Source: Vulcanimicrobiota bacterium (GTDB lineage: Bacteria; Vulcanimicrobiota; Vulcanimicrobiia; Vulcanimicrobiales; Vulcanimicrobiaceae). Taken from it: a stretch of 64,000 nucleotides of DNA. The stretch lies in assembly GCA_963812155.1 (NCBI GenBank), contig CAWETW010000003.1, positions 96,001-160,000 of the forward strand, written 5' to 3'. Made by a program: the position numbers and the translations under genes. The notes beneath the pieces were generated by a model. That model made no database searches. It was not told where the DNA came from and saw only the letters and a list, made by a program, of their open reading frames with translations. Position 1 is the stretch's first letter. Each line of letters starts with the position of its first letter. This document shows, piece after piece, positions 9,084 through 19,376 of the stretch.

Positions 9084-9562
9084 CACTCCTCGCCGTCGAA
9101 GTAATCGAGCGATTCGGAGCGCATAATTCGCCGTTGCGGCGATCGCACGAGCCATTTTTCGCTGTCGGGATAGTGGCACGATTCGCCGATCGGGTTATCG
9201 GCTACGCAGTAAAAGACCAGATCGTCCGCGCCGTCGTTCACGATTTGGTGCGCCTGACCCGGTTTGAAAAGAAACGCATCGCCGGCTTCGATCGCGGTGA
9301 CGCCGTCGTCGTGACGCACGGAGCCCGTTCCCGAGACGACGTGGTAAAACTCCCACTGGGCGCTGTGCGAGTGATACGGATACGGCACCTTTCCGGGGGG
9401 AACGCGTGCGAGCTCGACGTCGAACGGATGGCGCTGCTCGAGATCGGTCGACGTTGGATCGCGCCCGAGTGCGACGGAAATTTCGAGGCCCTCGCCTGCC
9501 ATCGTTCCCTTCGGCGACGACCACCGCTCGGGCGTCATCTCGTTGGTGTTAACCTTGCGCAT
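9083..9562 (-). CDS. Cupin domain protein
   Basis: PYHSHSAQWEFYHVVSGTG...AHQIVN cupin motifs; YPDSEK tail. Confidence 0.88.
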   Translation of the reverse strand: MRKVNTNEMTPERWSSPKGTMAGEGLEISVALGRDPTSTDLEQRHPFDVELARVPPGKVPYPYHSHSAQWEFYHVVSGTGSVRHDDGVTAIEAGDAFLFKPGQAHQIVNDGADDLVFYCVADNPIGESCHYPDSEKWLVRSPQRRIMRSESLDYFDGEE

Positions 9563-10061
9563 TCCCTGATTGTGCGCGCGGCAAGCGCAAAGTCCTGTGC
9601 ACGACGAGCGCGACCGGCAGTCCGAAGAATATCGTGTGAGCTACGAGCGTATCGAGCAGTGAGATCGGATTGGTCGAAGCGCGTGCGGCGTGTCCCAGGG
9701 GGACGACGAGAAAGAGCATCACGCCCATGACGACGGCACCGAAGATGAGCCCGGCGATCGCGGGCGATCGCCGCACCGCCGGCACGTTTGCATACAGCAG
9801 CGTGAAGGCGGCGGCCCAGCACCACGAGACGATGAAATCGAAGAACAGTCCCAGGGCCGCGGCCGCCAGGCCGTGCGCGTACGCCCACGCGCCGGTGATA
9901 TTCGCCGCATCCCACTGGAAGAGCAGCAGCGGCGAGCGTTTGAAGAAGACCGGGAGCGCGACCGACAGGTAGAGGCTGATCGCGACGTTGCCGGCGATGC
10001 CGGCGAGGAGAACGGCGCGAACGGGGGCGGTTCGATCGGCGATGCGGAATGCCGATGCCAT
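9549..10061 (-). CDS. Four-helix integral membrane protein
   Basis: About 4 hydrophobic segments; HTIFFGLPVAL tail; start uncertain. Confidence 0.65.
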   Translation of the reverse strand: MASAFRIADRTAPVRAVLLAGIAGNVAISLYLSVALPVFFKRSPLLLFQWDAANITGAWAYAHGLAAAALGLFFDFIVSWCWAAAFTLLYANVPAVRRSPAIAGLIFGAVVMGVMLFLVVPLGHAARASTNPISLLDTLVAHTIFFGLPVALVVHRTLRLPRAQSGNAQG

Positions 10062-10092
10062 CGTGGAACGCAACGAAGACCGAAGCCGCAAC

Positions 10093-10917
10093 GTGACGGG
10101 CGTTCTCATGTGTCCGCCGGATTTTTTCACCGTGCGAGACGTCAAGAATCCGTTCATGCGCGTCGACGCGATCGTCGATCGCGACGCAGCGGCGCGTCAG
10201 TGGAAGGCGCTTGCCGATACGTTCGCGCGCTTAGGCGTGACGCCGCACGCCGTCGAGCCGGCGGCCGATCTCGAAGACATGGTCTTCGCCGCCAACCAAG
10301 CATTCATCGGAGCGGGAAAATTGCACGCGCGGTTCGCCGTACCGAGCCGCATGCGGTACGCGTCGCGGCAGCGCGAGGTTCCGCACTACGTCGCATGGCT
10401 CGCGCGCAACGGCTTCGCCATTCTCGACGCCGGACTCGGCGGCGAGTTCCTCGAGGGCCACGGCGATCTGCTGGCGCATCCCAAGCGTAATCTCGTGTGG
10501 GCCGGGCATGGCTTTCGTTCCTCGGAAGAAGGCGTGGCGCGGTTCGCGCGCGCCGTTGACGCCGAAGGCCTCACCGTCGCGCCGCTGCAGCTCGTCGACG
10601 AGGTCTTCTATCACCTCGATACGTGCTTCGCACCGTTGAGCGAAGATGCGGCAATCGTGTATCCCGGTGCGCTGTCTGCCGCGTCGCTCGATGCGTTGCG
10701 CCGTGGATGGACGCGGTTGCACGAGATTAGCCGCGACGACGCGCTGCGGTTCGTATGCAACGGCGTTGCCGTCAACGGACGTTTCATCGTTTCTCACCTG
10801 ACGCCGGCGCTGAAGCGCATTCTCGATCGCGAGGAGCTCACTGCGGAGATCGTCGACGTCTCCGAATTCGAAAAAGCCGGCGGCAGCGTCTTCTGCCTCA
10901 AAGTGCTGCTGCCCTAA
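10093..10917 (+). CDS. Amidinotransferase / dimethylarginase (pentein) family protein
   Basis: LMCPPDFF...NPFM, DMVFAAN, LEGHGD, YHLDT, GGSVFCL (catalytic Cys); start uncertain. Confidence 0.88.
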   Translation: MTGVLMCPPDFFTVRDVKNPFMRVDAIVDRDAAARQWKALADTFARLGVTPHAVEPAADLEDMVFAANQAFIGAGKLHARFAVPSRMRYASRQREVPHYVAWLARNGFAILDAGLGGEFLEGHGDLLAHPKRNLVWAGHGFRSSEEGVARFARAVDAEGLTVAPLQLVDEVFYHLDTCFAPLSEDAAIVYPGALSAASLDALRRGWTRLHEISRDDALRFVCNGVAVNGRFIVSHLTPALKRILDREELTAEIVDVSEFEKAGGSVFCLKVLLP

Positions 10918-10948
10918 CTCCCGTGCCGTGCGCCGTAGTCGAAGGGCG

Positions 10949-11722
10949 TTAGAAGCGCAGCGAGAGGCAGCTGAGGCCGCCGTCCATCTTACGGAACTCC
11001 GAAACGTCGAGCGCGACGCTCGCGTACCCCGCTCCGGCGAGCGCCGCGCGAAGATGCGGATAGCCGGCGGCCACGAGGACGACGTCGTTCACGCGGACGC
11101 AATTCGCGGCGTACTCTTCACCGGGAGCGACGATCGTTACGCACGCCGGCGGCTCCCGCAGCAGCGGCGCGACTGCGGCCGTTGCGACGAAGCGTCCGTC
11201 GCCGAGATACGACATCGCACTCTTGAGATGCAGCGCATCGGCAACGTCGCGCACGTCGACGAGCACCGGCGTCTTTCCGGCGCGCCGCGCGATGGCGGCA
11301 AGTTGTGCGGCGCCGTCGCGGTTCGTGCGCTGGGAGATGCCGATGAAGATCCGCTCTCCGGCGTCGCACACGTCGCCTCCGTCGAGCGTTCCCGGCGCCG
11401 TGATTTCCTCGATTTCGCGAAAGTGCAGCCCGAGCGCGGGCCGAATGCTCCGCGGCTCGTCACGCCGCGCCGCCGCCCCGGGTCGCGCGAGCACCGCCGT
11501 CGTTCCGACGACCACCGCCGCGTCTTCGACGAAGTGCGCGTCGGGATGGCGCAGATCGGGATCGAGAACGGTCACGGCGGCGCCCGAGTGCCGCAGCGCG
11601 TCGCAGTAGGCCGCGTGTTGCCGGCACGCGCCGGCGTAGACCGGCGTGCCGAGTGAGGCGCTCGTGATGCCGTCGCCGAGATCGGGCGACGGCAATCGAA
11701 CGATTGCATGCGCGACGCGCAT
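10949..11722 (-). CDS. N(G),N(G)-dimethylarginine dimethylaminohydrolase (DDAH)
   Basis: PDAHFVEDAAV, TLDGGDV, LHLKS, MDGGLSCLSLRF motifs. Confidence 0.9.
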   Translation of the reverse strand: MRVAHAIVRLPSPDLGDGITSASLGTPVYAGACRQHAAYCDALRHSGAAVTVLDPDLRHPDAHFVEDAAVVVGTTAVLARPGAAARRDEPRSIRPALGLHFREIEEITAPGTLDGGDVCDAGERIFIGISQRTNRDGAAQLAAIARRAGKTPVLVDVRDVADALHLKSAMSYLGDGRFVATAAVAPLLREPPACVTIVAPGEEYAANCVRVNDVVLVAAGYPHLRAALAGAGYASVALDVSEFRKMDGGLSCLSLRF

Positions 11723-11725
11723 TTG

Positions 11726-12967
11726 CTAGACGGCTTCGGCGGCGACGCGGGTGCGACGCATGGCGGCGCCGGCCAACAGCGCCGGCACGATACCGGCGAT
11801 CGAAAGCACCCCGAGCGCGCGCCACGCGAACGGATATCCGTGCGTATCGACCAGGGCGCCGAAGAGCGTTGGTGCGGCGAAGGCTGCGAAGAAAACCCAC
11901 GTCAGCGCGGCGCCGAGCGCGCTGCCGGCGTGTTCCTCGCCGCCGATCTCCGCAAACGCGATCGCCGCAACGCCGAACCAGCCTTCGGCCGCGAAACCGA
12001 GCGCGCCCGCAACGGCCGCCACGACCCAGAGCGGCGCCGCCGGCGAGAGAAGCGACGTTGCGTACGCCAGCAGCGCGGTGAGGACGCAGACGACCGCCAG
12101 CGGCTGCGCGCGGCGTCCGCCGAACACCCGGTCGCTGATGACGCCCCACGACACCCGGCCGGCAACGGCGCAAACTTGCGAGAACGTAAAGATACCGACC
12201 GCGATGCCGATCGAGAACTGGGCTTCGTGCACGATCGTCAGCGTCAGGAACGCCAGCAGCACCATTTGCACGCTGACGAGCGCCATCGACGCCAAGGTCA
12301 TCAGCACCAGACGAACGTCGCGCGAAACGTGCACCATTTCGGCGAACATGGCACGCAGGGAGACGTGTTCGCCGCGAAGTGCGGCGGGCTCGCGATAGAG
12401 CATTGCCGCAATCGAGCAGGCGGCAATCGTGACGATTCCCGCCACCACGAGCGCCCATTGATAGTTGAAGCGTATCGCAACGATCGGCAGAATCGCCGAG
12501 CCGATCACGCCGGCAATCGGTACGCCGCACTGCCGGACGCCCATCGCAAAGCCGCGATCTTCCTTTTTGAAAAAATAGACGATGGCGTGGCTGCCGGCGG
12601 GCGTTACCGACGCATAACCGATACCGTACAGCGCCAGCCAGCAGAAGAGCCAGCGTGCATCGCGCACCGCCGCCGCTGCCAGAAGTGCCGCTCCCATCAG
12701 CCAGCCGCTCCAGAACACGACGGCCTTATCGCCGAAACGATCGGTCAGCGCGCCGGAGGCTGCGGTCGCCAGCATCGAACCGATCATTTGAACGGAAAGA
12801 ACCAATCCGAGTTGCGACGGCGGCAGCGAAAGCGCGGTCTCGATGAACGGCACGAGCGTGCCGGTGGAAACGACGAACAGCGACGCTGCGATCATTGCGC
12901 CGGCGAAGAGTGCGAGTACTTCGTAGCGCGATTCGGGGAGCGCTTTGGACGATCGTTCGCCGTGCAT
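11726..12967 (-). CDS. MFS transporter
   Basis: About 12 TM segments; GALTDRFGDK and GVISDRVFGGRR motif A repeats. Confidence 0.9.
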   Translation of the reverse strand: MHGERSSKALPESRYEVLALFAGAMIAASLFVVSTGTLVPFIETALSLPPSQLGLVLSVQMIGSMLATAASGALTDRFGDKAVVFWSGWLMGAALLAAAAVRDARWLFCWLALYGIGYASVTPAGSHAIVYFFKKEDRGFAMGVRQCGVPIAGVIGSAILPIVAIRFNYQWALVVAGIVTIAACSIAAMLYREPAALRGEHVSLRAMFAEMVHVSRDVRLVLMTLASMALVSVQMVLLAFLTLTIVHEAQFSIGIAVGIFTFSQVCAVAGRVSWGVISDRVFGGRRAQPLAVVCVLTALLAYATSLLSPAAPLWVVAAVAGALGFAAEGWFGVAAIAFAEIGGEEHAGSALGAALTWVFFAAFAAPTLFGALVDTHGYPFAWRALGVLSIAGIVPALLAGAAMRRTRVAAEAV

Positions 12968-13064
12968 TGCGCGTGCATTCGGTTTTGCGCGCGCAACCCC
13001 CGCATGCGCGCGCAGGGTTGGCGGCGAACCCGTGCAAGTGGAGGTCCATGGGTCCGGCCCTGCG

Positions 13065-13325
13065 TTGACCTCCTTCCAACGATACGCGATCATCTTCGCG
13101 CTCGCGGCGCCGGCGAGCGTCGTTACGTGGCTCGTCTTCCATGGCGTCTTTGCGAAATTCTCGGCGACGGAAACGGCGATGGGCTACGTCGACCCACTGA
13201 CGCAAATGGGCATCGACCTCGGTTACGTCGCCATGTTCGGCGGGACGCTCGTGTTTGCGTCGATCGCATTATGGGCTGCGGTACGCGCCGTCATCGCGCG
13301 TTCGCGCGACGACGAAGAGGCTTAG
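13065..13325 (+). CDS. Small 2-TM membrane protein
   Basis: Two hydrophobic helices in the 3' part of the 12945..13325 ORF; TTG start uncertain. Confidence 0.5.
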   Translation: MTSFQRYAIIFALAAPASVVTWLVFHGVFAKFSATETAMGYVDPLTQMGIDLGYVAMFGGTLVFASIALWAAVRAVIARSRDDEEA

Positions 13326-13345
13326 GGAGCTCCGTCGGAACGATC

Positions 13346-14188
13346 GTGCGCATCCTGCTCGACGTGAACCGGCGATCGCGCAGCGGCCGCCGCACCGGCG
13401 CCGTCGCCGCGCGCCAACTGGCCGAGGCCGGCGTCGAGATCGTACCGCTCTCGGCGCGCCATCGGGCGAGCGCCGTCGCGCCCTGCGACGCGATCGTCGC
13501 AGTCGGCGGCGACGGCACGCTCGTACGATTGATTCCCTATGCGATGCGTTGGAACGTGCCCCTCGGCATGATTCCGAGCGGAACGTTCAACGAACTCGCG
13601 CATACGCTCGGCATCCCGGTCGACGTCGCCGAAGCGTGCCGCGTCGTTGCCGCCGGACACACGCGCGAGGTCGACGTGGGCTGCGTCAACGGTACGCACT
13701 ATCTCAGCGAGGCCAGCATCGGCATCTCGAGCCGCGCCGCACGTATGCAGACTGCCGAACTCAAACAGCGTTTCGGTTACGTCGGGATCGTGACGACGGC
13801 GCTGCGCGCGCTGTGGTTTTCGCGCCCGATGTTCGCCGAGGTCTCATACGACGATACGGTCGTCCGGTTCAAAACGGTGCAGTTGACGATCGCCAACAGC
13901 CACCGGTTCGGCGGCGTCTTCGCCGTCACCGACGCCGCGATCGACGACGGCTGGCTCGATCTCTTTTCGGTCGAAATCGAAACCTTTGCGCAGGCGTTCG
14001 ACGTTGCGCGGACGATTCTCCGCGGGCGAAGGCAGTCGGTGCCGGGGCTGCGCACGTTGCGGGCCAAGCGTTTCAGCGTCCGCCAGCATCGCCGGCACCA
14101 CGTGACCGCCGACGGCGAGCCAGCAGGCAAGACGCCCGCGACGTTTACCGTGATGCCGAAGGCCTTACGCGTTTTCGTGCCGGAGTAG
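13346..14188 (+). CDS. Diacylglycerol/lipid kinase (YegS/DAGK family)
   Basis: AVGGDGTL, IPSGTFNELA, ANSHRFGG, DDGWLD, ADGE motifs. Confidence 0.92.
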   Translation: MRILLDVNRRSRSGRRTGAVAARQLAEAGVEIVPLSARHRASAVAPCDAIVAVGGDGTLVRLIPYAMRWNVPLGMIPSGTFNELAHTLGIPVDVAEACRVVAAGHTREVDVGCVNGTHYLSEASIGISSRAARMQTAELKQRFGYVGIVTTALRALWFSRPMFAEVSYDDTVVRFKTVQLTIANSHRFGGVFAVTDAAIDDGWLDLFSVEIETFAQAFDVARTILRGRRQSVPGLRTLRAKRFSVRQHRRHHVTADGEPAGKTPATFTVMPKALRVFVPE

Positions 14189-14193
14189 CGGCG

Positions 14194-15169
14194 ATGCGAT
14201 ATCGAAACTTGGGACACTCCGGCCTGCGCCTCTCGGTCGTCGGACTGGGCTCGTGGCTGACCTTCGGAAGCACGGTCGATCGCGACGCGGCGCGCGCCTG
14301 CGTCCTGCGCGCCTGGGAGCGCGGCGTCAACTTTTTCGATACCGCGAACGTGTACGCGCACGGCGGTGCCGAGGAAGTGCTCGGGACCGATTCTCAAGGA
14401 ACTCGATCGCGACGCGCTCGTGGTCGCGACGAAGGTATATTTTCCGACCGGGGAAGCCGTAACGCGCCGCGGTCTTTCGCGCAAGCACATTCGGGACCAG
14501 GTCGAACGCTCGCTCGCGCGCCTGCAACTCGACTACATCGATCTCTACCAATGCCACCGTTACGATACGACGACGCCGCTCGAGGAAACGTGCTCCGCGA
14601 TGAACGATCTCGTACGGGGCGGCACGATTCTCTACTGGGGCGTTTCGGAATGGAACGCCGACCAAATCGCCTCGGCCGCAACCCTGTGCGCGGCACGCGG
14701 CTGGACGGCACCGATCTCGAATCAGCCGCAGTACAGCGCGTTATGGCGCCGCATCGAGGATCGCGTGCTGCCGGTGTGCCGGCACTACGGACTCGGCAAC
14801 GTGGTGTGGTCTCCGCTGGCGATGGGCATTCTTTCGGGCAAATACGCCGATGCCGGCAATCCGCCGGCCGGAACGCGCGCGGCCGGCGCTCAGAAAGAGA
14901 TGATGGAGGATTATTTCACGCAGCCGGTGCTGGATGCGGTGCAGCGTTTGCTCCCGCTCGCGCGCGAAGCCGGATGCTCGCTCGCGCAACTCGCGCTTGC
15001 ATGGTGCTTGCGCGAACGCGCCGTCACCAGCGCGATCGTCGGCGCCACCAAAGTCGAACATCTCGATGAGAACCTCGGCGCGGCCGACCTCGAGGTCGAC
15101 CCAAAAATCTTCGACGAGATGAACCGCATTCTCGCGCCGGTGCTCCCGCACGAACCATACCTCGCGTAG
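14194..15169 (+). CDS. Aldo/keto reductase (frameshift near 14385, probably a sequencing indel)
   Basis: MRYRNLGHSGL...FDTANVY in one frame continues as VATKVY...YIDLYQCH...IVGATKVEHL in another. Confidence 0.88.
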
Positions 15170-15179
15170 CGAAGCGTGC

Positions 15180-17426
15180 TTACGTGCCTTCGTCGGCGCC
15201 CAGGTGAAAGACGTATTTGATGATGGTGCGGTTGAGCGTGGTGTTTGCCGCCGGCGAGCCGTAGTTGACGTAGAGTTCGTTGCCGCCGCGAAAGCGCTCG
15301 TGAAAACCGACGGCGATATTGGTGCCGGGTTGCGTCGAGAAGCCGCCCAGACCGTTGATGTTGCGGAACGAGAAAGTCAGCGTGCTTTCGGGACCGAGGT
15401 TGTAGCCGATCGTCGCGCGGCGCAGCCACTGTGAATCGAGCCCGCCGGGCCCCGCGAGCGGGCGTTCGTACGTGCCGCTGTACTCGAGGCCGAGGGTCAT
15501 GCGCCGGCCGATCGGACGCGCGGCTGAAATGTCGAACAAGTGCGTTTGGTTGCCGCCGAACGGACCCCACGAGTACGACACGTCGATGGGGTGCGGCGTT
15601 CCGTCGCCGTAGCCGATCGGAATCGTGCTGAGGTTGAACTGCTGCGTGGTTCCGTCGAGGTAGCACGGGTAGCCGCTGTACGACGAGACCGCGACGATCG
15701 GCCCGCTGCAGTCGGGGCCTTGCGGAATGCCGTACGATCGCAGTTGCCCGATCGCCGCGCCGGCGCCGTTAATCGAGAGGCCGTTTTTGAAGGTTGCGTT
15801 CAAAAAGATTTGCGTGTCGGCTTGATGCACCGCGCCGGATTCGTCGAGGAACCGATCGCCGCCGATGAAGAGTCCCCAGTTCTTGATGCCGGAAGCCGAC
15901 CCCGTGAAGTTCACAAACCCTTGCGGTCCGCGGATGTCGGAGTTGGCGGTGAAGCCGTCGATCGGGTCGTACCACGGTGACACGTCGAGATATCCGGCAT
16001 TGACTTCGTAGTTCGGTTTGTGTACGTCGACGAATGCATCGCCGAGATTCGCGTGACCCGGCAGAATCCAACTGCCGTTTTCGAACGCGTAGTCGGCGAA
16101 CCACACGAGCCCGCTCTTGAGGTTGCGGCCTTCCATTCCCGTTTCGATCGTCGCGTCGTTGCCGGCGATGCTGTGGTGGGCGAGGACGCCGTCGCTCCAA
16201 TAGAGGAACGTTCCGTCTTGCAGCGCGTGCTCGTAGCCGTAGGCTTGATCGTCGAACGTGTCGCCCGTCGTTTGATCGAAGCCGCGGAATGAAAGCACGC
16301 CGAGGCTCTGGTTGCCGAAGGTGCCTTCGATCTTGGCGCCGCGGTCGAACGGACCGATATCCGGCGAATAGAAGATGAAGTTCGGCGCGGTCGAGATTGC
16401 CGACACCGGTGAGCGCGGTCCGGAGTTTGCGTTGATGTAGTTCGCGCCTTGCGCGAAGAACGGGCGATACTCGATGAGTTGGCGGCGGAACTCTTGCGGC
16501 GCAATCGTCTCCTGGTCGACCTCGACGTTCGAGAAATCCGGCGCAATCGTCCCGACGAAACTCAGCGTCGGGGTAATCGGATAACTCAAATCCATTCCGA
16601 AGTTGCGCACTTGCATCGGCAGAAATTGGCCGTCGGCTTGCTGGAAGAGATTGCGATCCTGTCCGATGCTCGCCAGCCCGAAGATGTCGGCCCGTCCCTT
16701 GGGCCGGTGGCCGCCGCCGGCGACCGAGATCCCCGTTCCCGCCGCCCACCAGCGCGTATCCGCAAACGTCGGCCAGTTTCCGGACGGCGCATCTTGCATC
16801 AGCCCGTCGTAGGCCCAGACGCAATGCTCGCCTTTGCCGGCGAGCTGCCGCACGAATTGGATCCGCCAGGTTTGGTTCTTGCCGCCGCGCAGCTTCAGCA
16901 CGTCGAGCGGGATGATCAGCACGGCGCTCCAGCCGTCCGGACCGATCGTCGCCGCCGCATCCCAGCGTGGGCGGTAGCGAACGTTCTCGAGGGCCTGCTC
17001 GTAGCGGACGCCGCGCGGCGTCGTCTCGAAGTAGTACGCTTGCGAGCCGGCGCCGCTCGTATCGATACCCACCCCGACGAAATCGTCGAGGCCGAATCCT
17101 ACGTCGTTGGTCGTCTGCGTGGCCACGATGGTGTGCGGATTCTGGACGGCTTTGAAGGCCACGTATAAGAAGCGATCGTCGTAGAGGAAGTAAGCGTCCG
17201 TTCGGTCGGTCGCAGGGGAGCGCGTTGTGACGTTGACCCACGCGCCGGAATCCGGAACGCGGCCCGGCTGCCAGCCCGCATCGGCCAGAGCCGGGTCGAG
17301 CGGAAGCGGATGGGCGGCCCGAATCACGGGAAACGAAAACTTCTGCGTTACTGCGGCGTATAGGGGAAGAGCGGGCAACGCGATCCCGCCCCAAAGAGCC
17401 AGGGCGAACCTGACGGCTTTGCGCAC
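15180..17426 (-). CDS. Secreted or outer-membrane protein with N-terminal CBM9-like domain (DUF5916-like)
   Basis: Signal peptide; YDDRFLYVAF, GWSAVLIIP, PDFSNVEVD, EYRPFF; beta-strand-rich C-terminus. Confidence 0.75.
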   Translation of the reverse strand: MRKAVRFALALWGGIALPALPLYAAVTQKFSFPVIRAAHPLPLDPALADAGWQPGRVPDSGAWVNVTTRSPATDRTDAYFLYDDRFLYVAFKAVQNPHTIVATQTTNDVGFGLDDFVGVGIDTSGAGSQAYYFETTPRGVRYEQALENVRYRPRWDAAATIGPDGWSAVLIIPLDVLKLRGGKNQTWRIQFVRQLAGKGEHCVWAYDGLMQDAPSGNWPTFADTRWWAAGTGISVAGGGHRPKGRADIFGLASIGQDRNLFQQADGQFLPMQVRNFGMDLSYPITPTLSFVGTIAPDFSNVEVDQETIAPQEFRRQLIEYRPFFAQGANYINANSGPRSPVSAISTAPNFIFYSPDIGPFDRGAKIEGTFGNQSLGVLSFRGFDQTTGDTFDDQAYGYEHALQDGTFLYWSDGVLAHHSIAGNDATIETGMEGRNLKSGLVWFADYAFENGSWILPGHANLGDAFVDVHKPNYEVNAGYLDVSPWYDPIDGFTANSDIRGPQGFVNFTGSASGIKNWGLFIGGDRFLDESGAVHQADTQIFLNATFKNGLSINGAGAAIGQLRSYGIPQGPDCSGPIVAVSSYSGYPCYLDGTTQQFNLSTIPIGYGDGTPHPIDVSYSWGPFGGNQTHLFDISAARPIGRRMTLGLEYSGTYERPLAGPGGLDSQWLRRATIGYNLGPESTLTFSFRNINGLGGFSTQPGTNIAVGFHERFRGGNELYVNYGSPAANTTLNRTIIKYVFHLGADEGT

Positions 17427-17509
17427 GCGTACAGCGTCGCTCGGAGCCGTCGGGGGCGTCCTCAGAAAGCCATCAAAGATTCCGCAAGAGAATCTTCGGG
17501 GAGCGCGAC

Positions 17510-18931
17510 GTGAGCGTATACGAATTCGGACCCTTTCAACTGGATGCCGGACGCCTTTTATTGCTCGAGCGCGAAACGCCGGTCGCGCTCGGCCCGAAGG
17601 TCGTCGAGACCTTACTGGCGCTGATCGAGCACCCGGGCGACGTGCTGACGAAAACGGCACTCCTCGATCGCATCTGGCCCGAAGGCTACGTCGACGAAGC
17701 CAATCTCGCGCAAAACGTTTACGTGTTGCGCAAGACGCTGCGCTCGACGTGGAACGCCGAAGCGATCGAAACCATTCCGCGCCGAGGCTACCGCTTCACC
17801 GCCGAAGTTCGGCGGCGCGATGCGAGCGCGCTCGCAACGCCCTTAGAAGTGTCGACAGCGGCGCCGCGGCGGCGCCCGTGGGCGATTGCGGCAGCAGCGG
17901 CGTTTGCGTTGCTCCTCGTCGCCGGCGCCGGCTTGAAGATTCTTGCGGCTCGCGAGACGGCACCGCGTGCGCTCTCATTCGAAGGCGCGCGTCTCTACCA
18001 AATCGGCCGCTACTATTGGAACTTGCGGACCCCCGACGGCACCGCAAAGAGCCTGCAATATTTCACGCGCGTCGTCGACACCGACCCGGCCGATGCGCGC
18101 GGTTACGGTGCGCTGGCCGCCGCCAACGCCATCATGGGCGACTACAAATACGGGGCGTCGCAGCCGCGCGTCTATTTCGCGCGCGCTCGGGCGTACGCTG
18201 ACAAAGCGCTCGCGATCGATCCGAATTACGGAGAGGCCTACGCGGTGCTCGGCATGCTCGCGACCGAGAGTAACTCGATGTCGGACCAACAGATGGAGCG
18301 CGGACGCGCAGAGCTTCGCCGCGCGATCGCGCTCGATCCGTCGAGCGGCCCGGCGCACGAGTGGTACGGCGTCGCGCTCTTCGAACACGGCGAGTTTTCG
18401 CAGGCGTATGCAGAGCTGCGCCTGGCCGCCGATCTCGATCCCCTCTCCGTGGCAACCACGGCGTGGCTCGGCGATGCCGCGCGTCTGGAACGCCGCTACG
18501 ACGACGCCATCGCGTACGCGCGCGAAACGCTCGACCTTTCGCCGAAGCGCTTCGAAGTGTACGGAACGCTCGGATTGGCCTACGAGGCTCGCGGCGACGA
18601 CAATCGTGCCATCGAGGCATTCACGCGTCTGTCCGAGGCGGATCCGCACGCGCGACCCGAAGCATCCGCGTTGCTGGCAGAGGTCTTGGCAAAGTCGAAC
18701 CGCATGACGGAGGCGCGCGCGAAACTGGCGTACGCGCGCGCTCACGCACGCTACGTCGACCCCGGCGATCTCGCGATTGCGATGGCGGCCGTCGGGCAGC
18801 GCCATCTCGCGCTCTCGCTGTTGCGTCGCCAGCATGCCGAGCCGTATTTGAGGGCGGAAATCGCAAGCGACCCGCGCTTCAGCGTGCTGCGCAACGATCC
18901 GCAACTCGCCGAACTGCAAAAGCCCGCGTAA
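17510..18931 (+). CDS. Winged-helix (Trans_reg_C) - TM - TPR transcriptional regulator (CadC/ToxR-like)
   Basis: YEFGPFQLD...LLDRIWPEGYVDEANLAQNVYVLRK...IETIPRRGYRF, one TM helix, then TPR-like repeats. Confidence 0.9.
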   Translation: MSVYEFGPFQLDAGRLLLLERETPVALGPKVVETLLALIEHPGDVLTKTALLDRIWPEGYVDEANLAQNVYVLRKTLRSTWNAEAIETIPRRGYRFTAEVRRRDASALATPLEVSTAAPRRRPWAIAAAAAFALLLVAGAGLKILAARETAPRALSFEGARLYQIGRYYWNLRTPDGTAKSLQYFTRVVDTDPADARGYGALAAANAIMGDYKYGASQPRVYFARARAYADKALAIDPNYGEAYAVLGMLATESNSMSDQQMERGRAELRRAIALDPSSGPAHEWYGVALFEHGEFSQAYAELRLAADLDPLSVATTAWLGDAARLERRYDDAIAYARETLDLSPKRFEVYGTLGLAYEARGDDNRAIEAFTRLSEADPHARPEASALLAEVLAKSNRMTEARAKLAYARAHARYVDPGDLAIAMAAVGQRHLALSLLRRQHAEPYLRAEIASDPRFSVLRNDPQLAELQKPA

Positions 18932-18947
18932 GGCCGGCGTCGCAGGC

Positions 18948-19376
18948 GTGGCCGATGTGTGGGAGTCGTTGGGCGCTCGCCCGCAACTCGCGCGAACGCT
19001 GGCGCGCCACGTCGCGGCGGTCGACGACGGCTCGGTTCCGCGTCGCACCAAGGAACTCGTCGCGCTCATGGTCGCCTGGCTGAATGCGTGCGAACGGTGT
19101 GCGCGCGCTCACGGCGAGATTGCCAGGGAACTCGGCGTATCCGGCGCCGCACTCGAGGCACTGGGCGATTTCGCGGAGAGTCCGCAGTTTACGCCGGCCG
19201 AACGCGCCGCGCTCTCTGCTGCCGTCGCGTTGACGCGCGAGCCGCGTGCCCTGCCTGCACCGGTGAGTGAAGAGCTCGAACGCTTTTACGACGCCGGCGA
19301 GATCGTCGAAATCGTCGCCGCGATCGGACTCCACAACTACCTGACGCGCGCCAGCAACGCCCTGCGCGGCCCCTAG
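18948..19376 (+). CDS. Carboxymuconolactone decarboxylase / AhpD family protein
   Basis: KELVALMVAWLNACERCARAH (E-x11-CxxC-x3-H). Confidence 0.88.
   Translation: MADVWESLGARPQLARTLARHVAAVDDGSVPRRTKELVALMVAWLNACERCARAHGEIARELGVSGAALEALGDFAESPQFTPAERAALSAAVALTREPRALPAPVSEELERFYDAGEIVEIVAAIGLHNYLTRASNALRGP

Noticed and set aside
11708..14188. 826-aa ORF as a novel fusion protein
   Set aside because: The N-terminal part is the antisense shadow of the MFS gene; only 13346-14188 encodes a recognisable lipid kinase.
14366..14400. Programmed frameshift in the aldo/keto reductase (also in the kinase, hydrolase and ilvE)
   Set aside because: No slippery heptamer is evident at the reductase site, these families are not known to be recoded, and indels are common across the window.
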